Positions 11,113 through 22,931 of a stretch of DNA of 64,000 bases are shown here, in pieces (position 1 is the stretch's first letter; the number at the start of each line of letters is the position of its first letter). The stretch lies in NCBI GenBank assembly GCA_001643675.2, contig LSRY02000013.1, forward strand, positions 372,001 to 436,000, read 5' to 3'. The stretch comes from Monocercomonoides exilis PA203 (Eukaryota > Protista > Preaxostyla). Made by a program: the position numbers and the translations under genes. Below the pieces are notes generated by a model, which saw nothing but the letters and a program-made list of their open reading frames with translations, had not been told where the DNA came from and did no database searches.

Positions 11113-13301
11113 ATGGCAATGCTTATTGGTCCAGTGCCAACAACACCTGCTGGCCCTGTTCATCCGCCTCCAATGCTAAGGTCTTATTCCATTCGTACCA
11201 TGCCTCGAGTCGGGTCAACGCAATCTTTTAATCAAGATCCTGCTACTCCAACGCAAACTGACTTTGCGCATACAGCTAAAGATTTTGAATATATAAGCAG
11301 TAAATTTAAAGGAAAAGATCTTCAAGCAGAATATGAGAAACGAATGGCTGCGAAAATGGAAACTCTTCGTCATTTGTTTAGAATTGGTACTGGGCCAAGT
11401 AGTAGCCATACTATGGGTCCGAGACGAGCATGCGGCCGCTTTAATAAACGATTTCCGGATACGCATAAAGTCAAAGTTACCCTTTATGGTTCTTTGGCCG
11501 CAACAGGCCGAGGGCATTTAACAGATGTTGCTATCATGGAAGGATTAAAAGGAAAAGAAGTTACTCTTTGTTGGGAGCCAGAAAAAGATCTTGAACATCA
11601 CAACGGCTTAACTTTCGAAGCATTGGACGGACCACGAGCCGGAGAAAAATATACATGCTATTCTATCGGAGGTGGAGCACTTCTTGATGACTCAACAAAA
11701 GGAGGACCTCCAGGAACAGCAATGAACAGCGTTCACGAGATATATCCATACTCCAATTTCACTATGATATTGCATTGGGTTGAAGAAACTGGAAAGCCTC
11801 TTTGGCAGTATGTCGAAGAATACGAGCCTCCTACAATTTGGGATTATTTGAAGAAAGTTTGGTTGACAATGAAAGATGCGATAAATCGTGGCTTAAACAG
11901 CTCGACTGCTGTTCTTCCTGGACCCTTGAACACTCCACAGCGCGCACGGTCGTTGTATCTGAAGTCTCGCAGGTTGAGTGAGCAGTACAGGCGGAACACG
12001 CTTGTGATGGCGTATGCAATGGCAGTCAGTGAAGAAAATGCTTCGGGTGGAGTTGTTGTCACTGCGCCGACCTGTGGGTCTTGTGGAGTGATTCCCGCAT
12101 GCTTGTATTACATGCAGGTAAAGGAAGGATTTGACGATGCTGAGATAATCAGGGCGCTGGCTGTTGCTGGGCTTCTTGGTAATCTCATCAAAGCCAATGG
12201 TTCCATCTCTGGAGCTGAGTGTGGATGTCAAGCAGAGGTTTGCTTTCAAAGTAATTAATTGCAATTGCATATTTTTTTTTAACTTTATGCTTTCTTTTCC
12301 TTCTTCTCTATTCTTATTTTTACTAAATGCAACTATTTAATTTCAGATTGGATCTGCATCTTCGATGGCTGCTGGTGCTGTGACCATGCTGATGGGAGGG
12401 TCACCCTACCAAGTTGGCCATGCAGCATCAATTGCAATGGAGCATTGCTTGGGACTCACATGCGACCCTTGCGAAGGACTGGTACAGATTCCGTGCATTG
12501 AGAGGAATGGCTTCTATGCCACTCAGGCGTTTGTTGCAGCAGAGATTGCTATTTTGGAAGATGGAAGATGTCCCATCAGCTTTGACGAGGTGTGTGCTAA
12601 TGGATGAGAGTGAAATAATGAAAGTTATCTTTCTTGAAGTAATTCTTGAAATGAGATTTTTTTTTTTTTCTTATTGAAATATTTTTGCGTTAATTGCTTC
12701 ATTTTGAATCATTTTCTTTTTTTAATGTTCTGTTGCAAAATTTCATTCGATAATACAACAATATTCATTCTTGTTTGAACAGGTCATATTTACAATGTAT
12801 CTGACAGGGAAAGCGTTGCGCGAAGAATATCGAGAAACAAGCAAAGGTGGACTTGCATTCACGTTTCAGCTTGACGAGCAAGAAGACGAAGTGAAGCAAA
12901 AGAAAGCGGTGAGGCAAGAAGTGCAGCGATCTTTAGACGAAAGAGAGCTAATTGCAACCAAACGGAGGCAGATTATGGAGAAAGCGATGGAAAGAAAAGC
13001 CAAGAAAAAGATGCAGCGGCACAAGCAGTCGGAGATGTCGTGTGAAAGCAATCTGTCGAAGTTGTCGTCTTTGTCCACCGATGATGATGACGACGATGAC
13101 GACGATTATGCTGACGAGGATGACTACTTCATTGGACCTGACAAGGGCCCAATGCCATCCACCATCATTGCTCCTTCTTCATCGTCGTCTGACGTATCTG
13201 CCCCTCTTCGCCTAACAACCACCCCACCTCAACATTACAACGCTTCCAGCTTCGACAATTATTTCATTCCACCTGCTTCTATTCCACCCACAGCCTACTA
13301 A
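11113..13301 (+). CDS. sdaA: Iron-sulfur-dependent L-serine dehydratase, single-chain bacterial type
   Basis: Exons 11113-12237, 12347-12589, 12783-13301. Motifs FRIGTGPSSSHTMGP, LYGSLAATGRGH, YSIGGG, EENASGG.VVTAPTCGSCG, SISGAECGCQAEIG, EHCLGLTCDP..GLVQIPCIERN and YRETSKGGLA. Confidence 0.95.
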
Positions 13302-13700
13302 AGTATTTCTTCATTGTTTTTGTGAACTATTTCTTTATTCACATTTAGCTTCGATGTTTCAAAATTGTATTTATTTTATTTTATAATGTTTTATTTTGTC
13401 TTTCATTTCCATTGTATTCTAGATTTGAAATGTCTTGAAGCTTAAGCAACGTAAGTATTGATCTATAGAATTAAATATTTTTTAATTTTTAATATTTGGG
13501 GCAAAATATTAGCATTGATGAAAAAAAACAAAGATTTGTTCCAAACTTATTATAAAATAATCTTGTAATAATTCTTAAATTATAATGCACAAAAAACATT
13601 GAAAAATTAAAGAGTTGAGAAAATAATTAGAAAACGTTGTGTGGAACATAATTCGTAAAGAAAAAAATTCATCCCAACTATCTTTTTGAATCTGAAATTA

Positions 13701-13704
<4 letters not shown>

Positions 13705-13759
<55 letters not shown>
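13705..13759. repeat. Poly(T) tract of 55 nt (poly(A) on minus strand)
   Basis: Directly visible homopolymer. Confidence 0.95.
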
Positions 13760-13762
<3 letters not shown>

Positions 13763-13899
13763 TCATCATAAAAATGTTGATGATGTGAAAAAAGAAAGTG
13801 AGATTATTAAAATTAAAATTATTAATAATCATAATAAAATTAATGTTTAATTCTGCGAACACCAACACCATTTTATAATATGGAGACAAAGAAGAAAGA

Positions 13900-15420
13900 A
13901 AAGGAAGAAAGAGATGATGTTGATAATTTTCTTTGAATCATAGTGTATGAAGAGTGAGAATAAATTTTTGTGCTTATAAAGCCCCATCACATCCATTTGC
14001 ATTTGCTTCGAATCTTTCGTAAGCACATTTCTCCTTCTCCAAGAATTTTTCAAATGCTTTCTTTGAAAAATATTCTTTTTTTCTTCAATGCAAGATGCAA
14101 GAATTTTTAATCAAATGAATCAAAGATCTTGCAAATTCTTCTTAACACATCCATTCATCATCTCCATATTTCTTGTATCTGCTCCTCATCCTCATCATCT
14201 TGTGCTGCTTGCGCCTCCAATTGTTGATTGAGACTCATTTGGAAACGCGCATCCCATCAATGATGGAGAAGAATTTTCTTCGTCTTAATTTTTCCGTGTC
14301 TTTTGCTCTTATCATTGCCTTTTGAATGAAAATCTTTCTTTTCCCGTCAATCTTTATTTCTTTTCTTTGACATCTAATCAGCCATTTGTTTTTTCTTCAG
14401 TCATTTGATTTCTTTCTCTGTTTCCTCTAATCAATTATGCAACTTTCTTTTCTGTTTCATCAATCCCAGCCAAATTCCTCTGTCATAGAAACTGTGCTCC
14501 AACCCCAACCCCTACCATGATCCTCTCCTTTTGTTAGTTTATAAAAGTCTTTTTCGAAGCATGTCATTGAATATTTGTGGATTTATAACCTTTTGTTTCC
14601 TCAATATCCAAAAGGACGTCCAACTCTCTTCTTCTTCTTCTTTTTCATTCATTCACAATCACTTCCATTTCTTCCTTCACAAACACCAACATCAATGCAA
14701 TCACCTTCTTTTCCGTTCATTCGTTTTTTTCATTATCTCCTCACCATTTTTTTCTTCTTTTTTTGGAATAATTATCCCTCCCTTGGTATTGCCAACAACT
14801 TTCTTTGCACAAAAACACATAAAATCCGCTCCACTGTCTTATGTTCCAAAATGCAATTTAACTTGGATTGGTCCAACTCTTCTTATTGAATTCTATCCTC
14901 TTTTTCTTCATTCAATAAAAAAACATTTGAATGTTTTCACCTCTTGTTCCGAATAAAAATTATGAAAATCATGCATCTTGAATAACTTCCTTTATTTCCC
15001 AATGGTTGTATAACAATCTGCTCCGTTCTCATCGTATTGCTCTCCAAAGCGGAGATTGGCCATTTCAACAATAATTCAGATTCCTGGACTTTGGAGAGGA
15101 TACGGATGGAAATATCTTCACAACAAATAGAACAATATAAAATACATACATTGCGTCTTTCATGTTAAATAAAGTTGTTGTATTTCCCTTGGCCATCCAA
15201 TGTTCAAAAATCATCAGATTGAATTTAAACATAAATTCAATGATATTGTTTCCTCCTCTCTTCACAAGAAATAATTATTCTAATTCTATATGTTATGTTC
15301 ACTCACTGAACTCTCATTTTATGAACAGATATTCCAAATCGAAATATCCATATTGATCAAAACATCCATAACAACAAACTTGAAAGAATAAACCTTTGCA
15401 TTTCATAATATTTACTTGTC
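13900..15420 (-). pseudogene. Degenerate coding-like relic of uncertain origin
   Basis: Purine-rich, codon-like minus strand with many stops in all frames, lying upstream of the poly(A) tract. Weak similarity of ADFMCFCAKKVVG (~14790-14830) to the PLP-lysine region of class-V aminotransferases. Confidence 0.3.
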
Positions 15421-15586
15421 CAAATTCCAAAACAGGAAAGAGTGGTATGAGCTATGATTTTTTTCGCGCCTGTTATCAGTGTTTACATTTCATCCATTTT
15501 TTCTCTTTTTCATTCCTTTGTTTTAATGAAAATGGCAAAATATTGATTCCTGATGATTGCACTGTCTTTGTGAAAAGATACCAGAG

Positions 15587-16993
15587 ATGGAAGGCACAGA
15601 AGAGTATTTTGGTGTGTTCATTTGATTCTATCGGAGGAGGGGAAATTGCAATTAATTTCTGATTTTTTAGCAAAAGAAATGTTTCCTGGAATGGATTTTG
15701 CAGAAGAAGAAAAAAGTCTGCTGAAGGAGGAGATGAATGGAATGCTGAAGAATATGGATAAAGAAGAATTGAAGCATTTTTTCTCGAAAGAAGAATTTGA
15801 TGAAAATTACAAATTGATTGAATTAAACAAATATCCTTTTGAAAAAGCACTAATGTTGCTGAAACATGTTGGATATAACAATGCAAAAAAATTGAGAGAC
15901 CATCATTGTTTAACAGATATTTCCTTGAAAAAAAGATTTATCAGGATGATTGTTGAAGAAGGAAAGAAAAAAGACGGAAATGATGAGAGATTATTGGTTG
16001 ATCTTTGTGAATGCTATTTATTTTATCGTGCGAGATATGTTTTAATCAACGATGAAATATTATTAACTTGCGTGAAATGCCTTCTGAAAGTTGCATTGAA
16101 CAAGGAAGAAAACAAGGAAGCACGAAAAGAAGTGGAAATAGCTTTGTTGGCATTGGGTGATGTTAGATATTTTGTGTGGATACTTCAATTTCGTTTTTTA
16201 ATCACTTTCCATTTTTAATAATTAGGATATGTCAGAAGAACTGTATTTGAATGAGATCAAAGAGATTGTCCAATATAATCAGGATCATCACAATCTGACA
16301 CATCTGGCATATCAATCAGCATGGCAGTTTTTGTTCAACAGATTTTTTGGTGATAAAATGTTAGAAATAGTAATTGTGAATGAACTGCATTTTATCACTG
16401 AAGCAACAAGAGAATTGGAAAAGCTTACAAGAAGTGTGGATTGGCAAATAAAAGATGATGATAAAAGAGGAAAAGAAACAGAAGATGTGAATACTTTGAG
16501 GAGATGGCTCCACACTTTAGAAATTTGCTTCGAATTTCATAGGATGCAAAATGAAGAACTTGTTGAGCTTGTCTGCAGCATTATTCAGATATTCCGAGCA
16601 GCGAAGGGTTATTACGGATATATTTGCGATTTGTGCTATAATTCAATGATTAAAGCAGTGAAAAATAAAGCTGTGAAAATTGATTGCTTGTTGAAAGGAG
16701 GAACTGTAGATCTGTTCTCAGAAGAAATGAATCAATCGACTTTGAAAGATGCAGTTATTTGGGATTGTTCGGATTTCTTTATGAATATTTCGGAAAGACA
16801 GAGAAAAAAGACGGACGGACATACTGAAGAAGAGGAAAGAAAGGCAACGAAAATGGAGGTGTTTGAAAAGATGGAAGAAGAAGGCTACGAAGATATCATC
16901 ACAAGCTTTCTTGAAATTTTTTATTTTCTGAACAATAAATATTTTAGTGATTTCTTATCGTTTAATATTTTTGATTATTTTGTAAATGCTTGA
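15587..16993 (+). CDS. Lineage-specific expanded-family protein, copy 1
   Basis: Exons ~15587-15611, 15671-~16173, ~16226-16993. Shares LLVDLCECY, KVALNKEE, HHNLTHLAYQSAWQFL, IVNELHF, EEEGYED and DYFVNA* with the paralog at 35607-37047. Confidence 0.8.
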
Positions 16994-17957
16994 GAAAATA
17001 AGACACATTTCATGAAACACTCAAATTTTTCTTTTATAAATTTTTTCTTTGACCAAACTTCATTTTGATGAAATGAAGAAAGAAAAGAGAGTTTGAATGA
17101 TTTCAATTAACTTCTTTTCTTCTTCAAAAGTCTTTTAAAAAGATCTGTTTGTTCAGCAAATTTCATGAAACAAAAATCAATATTTTCTTTCTCGTTCATC
17201 AACTTGAAAAGTCTCTCCTATGCTCTTTTGAGCCGTTTTGCATCCTTCTTCCTCTTTCTAAACATTTCCACATTCCATCAATTATCATTGAATTGAAGAA
17301 GAAAAATCAAAATCCTGGAATAAATCGAGAGTTTGTGAATAAATGTGTATGACAATATAATGACGTTTTCTTTAGGTAACTAATCAATTGATTGTAGCAT
17401 CTCTAACACAATTGCAGACTTTCTTTAACCATTGTTCTTTCTGTTTCGCTTTTCAATATTACTCATTTAACAATTATCAAGAATACAAAATTCACAGCTA
17501 GTGTGCAATGAAGAAGAGATATGATGAAAACAAGGAATGAATAAGATGAAGAATGAACCATAACTGAATTAGAGTCAACATTTTAACGGGTCTTTTTCCC
17601 TTTTTGGCACTTTTTTTGTTTTTCCTTGCAAAATGTCGAGAAATGAGAAGTAGTTTTCAGCACATTTAAAATCCTCTTTATCAAGTTCAATTCTATTTAT
17701 TTGCTGTTTTCTTTTTTATTTTTGTTTTTTTTCTCATCGAGAAATTAAGTTTTTTAGCAAAATTTAACAGGACTTTTAACAGCCAACCAGGCAACTCACA
17801 AGAAATTTATAACTTTTTTAAAATTGCAAAACTATTATCTAACTGTTTTTTAATTCTTTTTTTTCACGAACACTTTTTTCTTGTTTTTTTCACATTTCTT
17901 TTTTTTAACAACATGCAAACATTAAACTGATTATTTCTTGATAAATATGATGAAATG

Positions 17958-17984
17958 AAAAAAAAAAAAAAAAAAAAAAAAAAA
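17958..17984. repeat. Poly(A) tract of 27 nt at the nesting breakpoint
   Basis: Directly visible. Confidence 0.9.
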
Positions 17985-18213
17985 TGTAATGAAAACAAAT
18001 ACTCTAATAATGAAGTTTTGAAAAAATAAAACATTTATTTTTTCTATTTATCTTTAACGGACAAATTGTGCAAACTAAAATTGATCAACGATCAATTTTT
18101 TGTGATAAAGTTAAATACTTGACAAATAGAAGAAATTATTGTTTTTTATATCAACGCTTCATTAATAAAGAAATGTTTTTCATATCAAATTTTAATTTTC
18201 ATCATTTCAATAT

Positions 18214-18870
18214 ATGGGGCAAAATATTTTTCTTCAGGCATTTTCATTGAAATATTATGCACTTTTCATTCACTTTTTGAATTCAAAAAACACAATAAAA
18301 TTGGGTCCATTTTTTGACATTCGTGAAATGTTGGAAAACTTAACGTTTTGATTTCAACGATGCCTGTTTACAGATATGAAAATCAGATTTATTTGGAATT
18401 CTGAGAAAGAAAAATAAAGTTACGAATGAAACAATTTTTCCATGATATGTGCAAAAAATGCTTGAAAGTCAATATTTTCCCACATATTAACAAAGAAATA
18501 ATCAGATTTGTTCTTGCATGTTGATGAAAATTTGAAATGCGAAAAAATCAAGAAAAAAGTGTTTGTGAAAAAAAGATTTTAAAGATTAATAGTTCGAAGC
18601 AAATGCTATATAAAACATGTCCCCAATTTCTTGAGCGATTCCCAGTTGGCTTGAAAAAGAACTATTAAATTTAACAAAAAAACGATATTTCTCGATGTGT
18701 AAAAAACGAAAATAAAAATGAAACCAGTAAATAAATAGAATTATACTTGTTATAAAGTATTTTTAAAACGCTGAAAACTACTTCTCATTTCTCGACATTT
18801 TGCAAGCAAAAACATAAAAAGTGCCAATTAAGGAAAAAGTCCCGTTAAAAAGCTGACCCTATATTTCTCA
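18214..18870 (+). mobile_element. Second copy of the same element, opposite orientation, nested in the first
   Basis: For example gctgaaaactacttctcatttctcgacattttgcaag (18770-18806) is the reverse complement of 17625-17661, and 18214-18490 matches the reverse complement of 18902-19178. Confidence 0.75.
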
Positions 18871-19367
18871 ATTTTTTTATGGAACAAAATTCAAAAATCA
18901 AAATATCTGGGTGAAAATACTGACTTTCAAGCTTTTTATGCACAAAGCATGAAAAAATTGTTTCGCTCATAACTTTGTTTCGCTTTCTCAGATTTCAAAA
19001 TAAATTTGAATTTATCATCCGTGAACAGGCATCATTGAAATCAAAACATAAAGAATTGTGATATTCACGAATGTCAAAAAATGTTCCCACTTTTATAGTG
19101 TTTTTTGTTTTCAAAAAGTTAATGATAAGTGCATTATTTCTCAATGAAAATGCCTGAAGTCAAATATTTTGTCCCATTTCTCCTTTAATAACTTTCCGAT
19201 TGGGAAAAAGTTCTTTCATTTAGTTAAAAAAATAAGAAAATCGAATATTTAAAAAAAAAAGTTTCATGTAACAGCAATGATAACTGAATTTTGTTTTATG
19301 ATAAAATTTGCATTTTGGAAAAATATTAAACCTTGAACGAAATTTCCTAATCAATACCCGTTAGCAC

Positions 19368-20318
19368 AGTCTAAGACCAATTAGTGGTTCATAAAACCTA
19401 AAAGTTAGACTCAAAACCGTTTTGATTGAGTCAAGACCGAGTGATTCAATTCTGGAAGTTTGATCAATCAAAATGACAGTTTTTGATAATTTATTTTTTT
19501 CATTTTTGAAATCATTTTCTATGAAAAATATTTATTTTCATTAAATAATAGAACAAATTACATCGAAAAAGTCGAATTTTCTTTATTTCGATATTTTTTG
19601 GATTTTCACATTTAAATTTTGTATCAGTTTTTTCGATTAAAACAAATAAAACTCTTATTTCTCACACTTATATGAAAATTTGGATGCTTTTAACTTATTA
19701 AACATAAAGATCTTAAGTCTTAAAAAGATAAAAAAATATTTTTTGATAAATTTATAATTTTGACTTTAATTAAAAAAATATATCAATAAAAATGAAAAAA
19801 ATAGCTTCAAAGCAATGTTTGTTTGATTGCTTTAAATGTTTGACTCAAAAAAACATCGATCATTAAGTTTCATGGAAAAAATGCAAACTTTAACATTAAA
19901 AACATTTTCGCAGAAAAATAATGAAAAAATAAATATAGTTAAGAATGTTTTTGAGCAAACAAATAAATCAATGCAAACACTAAATCCAATATCTATTCAT
20001 ATCAATCTTATTTGCAGAAAAATGAACATTGTTCATTACGGACTTATTTTCATTTTACAACAAAAAAGAACTAATATACATATAAATGACAATAAATAAG
20101 TTAATATTTCAAAAAATTTTTAAAAACAAACGACTCTGTGACTAAAAACACAAAAAATTTCAAAGAATTTCTATCAAATTTGATCCATATTTTTTTTATT
20201 TCTGATCAAAAATTAGATTGAGGGAAAATCAAATTGATTGAGTCAAAACCAATAAAAAAAACAAAAAACGTTTTGATTTAATCAATTCGTATTGACCCGC
20301 TCAATTCGTTTAAGGTCT
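19368..20318. mobile_element. Decayed MITE-like element with degenerate ~55-bp terminal inverted repeats
   Basis: agtctaagaccaattagtggttca..tcaaaaccgtttt aligns loosely with the reverse complement of 20265-20318. The motif ttgattgagtcaa occurs at both ends, and the interior is AT-rich and non-coding. Confidence 0.4.
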
Positions 20319-20521
20319 ATTTTTCATTCAAATAAAATATTCAAATATAAAAAAAAAATTCATCGTGAACTTATTTTAAATAAAAATGCAAACGATTTTG
20401 AATGCCAACACGCTATTATTTTCAAATTGAAAGTTTTTTTATCTAAAAAAAGAATTTAATGAATTCTACAGAAAAATTTCCTCGATAAAAGATCTGAATA
20501 TAATAAAAATATTTCTTTTTG

Positions 20522-21142
20522 ATGATTGAAAGAGAAGAAGAATTGAGGATGAAAGTGAGCATCATTGGAGATTATGGAGTAGGAGTCTCTTCATTGACTC
20601 AAAGATACGTTGATGTAGATTTTTACAATCACAGACATGGAATAAGTCCTGATTTTAAGTCAAAACATGTTTCTGCTGATGATAAAAAAGTTCTGGCAAT
20701 TTTTTTTGAAGGAAAATTTGGTCACAGGTTTAAGAAGGTTCTGGAAGTATTTTTTCGAAGAGCGGATGCTTGTGCGCTTGTCTTCAGACTGTCATCGCGT
20801 GATTCTTTTGATTATTTGAAAGAGATGAAAAAACAGATAGACGACACACTGGCGAACTTATCGAATGATTGTCCACTTGTGCTTATTGGAAGCGGAAGCG
20901 ATCAGTGGGAGCATCGGGCTGTTAACCGATTTGAGGTGGAAGACTGGTGCAAAAAAGAAGGATTTTGTGGGTATTTTGAGGCGTCAGCAGAAACAGGAGA
21001 GAATGTGGATGAGGCATTCACAGAGCTGGTACGGCTGGGCTTGAGTTACCACGAATCCAAACCCGTTGAAGCAGATGAGGTTGTTGCTGAAGAGCCATCT
21101 GCCAAAAACGAGAAAACATCATTCAAATGTTTTCTGATGTGA
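20522..21142 (+). CDS. Divergent Rab-family (Rab7/Rab32-like) small GTPase, probably nucleotide-binding deficient, with CaaX
   Basis: Intronless. KVSIIGDYGVGVSSL (G1 Lys to Val), DFKSK, FFRRADACALVF, PLVLIGSGSD (G4 lost), YFEASA..GENVDEAF and C-terminal CFLM. Confidence 0.85.
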   Translation: MIEREEELRMKVSIIGDYGVGVSSLTQRYVDVDFYNHRHGISPDFKSKHVSADDKKVLAIFFEGKFGHRFKKVLEVFFRRADACALVFRLSSRDSFDYLKEMKKQIDDTLANLSNDCPLVLIGSGSDQWEHRAVNRFEVEDWCKKEGFCGYFEASAETGENVDEAFTELVRLGLSYHESKPVEADEVVAEEPSAKNEKTSFKCFLM

Positions 21143-22931
21143 AATGGAGGATTTCTAAAATTAATATTATTTTACATTTTCTATTTTATTTTATTTTCTA
21201 TTTTCTATTTTATTTTATTTCTTTTAGTTTCTTTTGTATCTCGAGTGTTTTCGAAGGTGATTTTCTGTTTGCTTGTTGGGTTTTTTCAAAGATAAATTTT
21301 TTCTTTTGTTTGATGTTTTTGTTCAATTTTTGGTTCGTTTTTTATCAGTTGTCCATTTTGCTAAATGAATAGCTTGCATGACTGAAATAGAGAGGGTTTA
21401 TTTGTGCCTTTTGTTTTGAAATTCTTTTTGGAGCGTGATGGATGTGCATCGTTCATCAGTTTGCCAAGGAAGTTTGGGCAAATGCAGGTTGCCTTTTCTT
21501 GAAAGCGAGTTGAATGACATGTTTTAAATATTTATCCAATATTTAATTAAGTTATAGAAAAGTGGGGATAATTATTGAAGAAAAGATTCTTTCAAAAGAA
21601 AATGCATTATTATTGTTGATGTGCATTGGATGTTGTAAGAACTTCGAACTTTTGAACTAATGGAGTTAGAGTTATAATTATTTGCTTCTCAGTAAACTTG
21701 AAAATACTATCATTGAGAAAGCTGCAAAAAAGGATAGAAAAATGAAAAGATGAAACTCCAATTTTTAATGTGCATTCTTATGCTGTTTAAGAATTGTGCT
21801 TTTCTGCAAAAGAAATTGCTCTCATTGTGCGAATCTTGACTGTTGAAAGCAGCGAAAAACAAAGATGAAAGAAAAGGATTAATAAAAGAACTGGAAGTGA
21901 CTTTATTGCCTTTGAGCAATTCACGCGTACATTGCGAATGAGAATTTTTATTTCATTTATGATAACATTGTATTTCTTTCTTTCTTTCATGAGAATTTGA
22001 AAAAAGAGCTTTATTTAAAAGAGGTTACAAAAATCATCAAATATCGTTAAGAATAATACAATCTGATATAGATTGCGTATCATTCTGGGTGAATATTATT
22101 TATATGCAGATTTACTGCAAAAGAAGTATTGAATATTTGATGGTGAATGATCTGAACTTTAGAAGAGAAGCAATGGGAGAACAAGAAGAGGCTGTTAAAT
22201 GCATGAATCGGAGGAAAAATGGAATTGAAGGAAAAATGAAACACGAAACAATAGTTACAAGTTGGAGCAAGGTTATAAGATTACATTTTTCTTCCATTAA
22301 GATATGAAGAGATATATATTTCTTCCAATAGAACTTACCTAGAGATTGTTCAAATCTGTAATGTATTATTAGAGAACTGCTTATAACATATACTTCAGAT
22401 ATTGGTACTTATGATAAATAATTTCACCAGAAAAATCCGAAGTATTGTTGAAGTGGGAATTACATGTGCAATGTCTGATGAACTCTTTCAACTTTGAAGT
22501 TACAGAGCATAGAACATTGCTTCCATTCATTTGTGCTTTTTCGAAAGCTCAAAAAGAAAGATTGACATTGAAAGCATTGCTCTAAACTTTTAATGCAATC
22601 ATTATTATGTTCAAGCAATAAATGAAGACAGAAAAGAAGACTATGTAGTAAGTTTTTAACGAATGCCTTTGAACAAATTTGATTAAAAAAAATGATAGTT
22701 GATAAATTAGAATGTATTTTTGGAGTGTTTTGAAAAATTTGATTTATTTTGAATTTGCTAAAAGATCCTTTATTTTTTCTTCAAAACGATTTTCATTCCA
22801 ATTATTACCAATTGCTAGAAAACAATCCCCCCAAAATATGATAATTATGATTGAGGGTGTTCCAAAATCAGTTTATTAATGAAGATCTATTTATGCAATT
22901 TATATGTTTTGATCAAAAAATATTCACAAAA

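Larger units (their letters stand above)
17570..19188 (-). mobile_element. Non-autonomous DNA element (~650 bp), outer copy split into 17570-17955 and 18900-19184; possible Kolobok-type terminus
   Basis: Both pieces are reverse complements of adjacent parts of 18214-18870. The right end reads gtcccatttctCCT-TTAA, i.e. TTAA-AGG on the minus strand. Confidence 0.7.

Noticed and set aside
13760-17984. Shared SINE 3' end (tatgatgaa before both poly(A) tracts)
   Set aside because: The match is short, and the sequence before 17958 is explained as part of the nested DNA element.
21400-22800. Short ORFs in AT-rich spacers (also 27300-28200 and 58300-60000)
   Set aside because: No recognisable motifs or coding bias, and no tRNA or rRNA structures were recognised.
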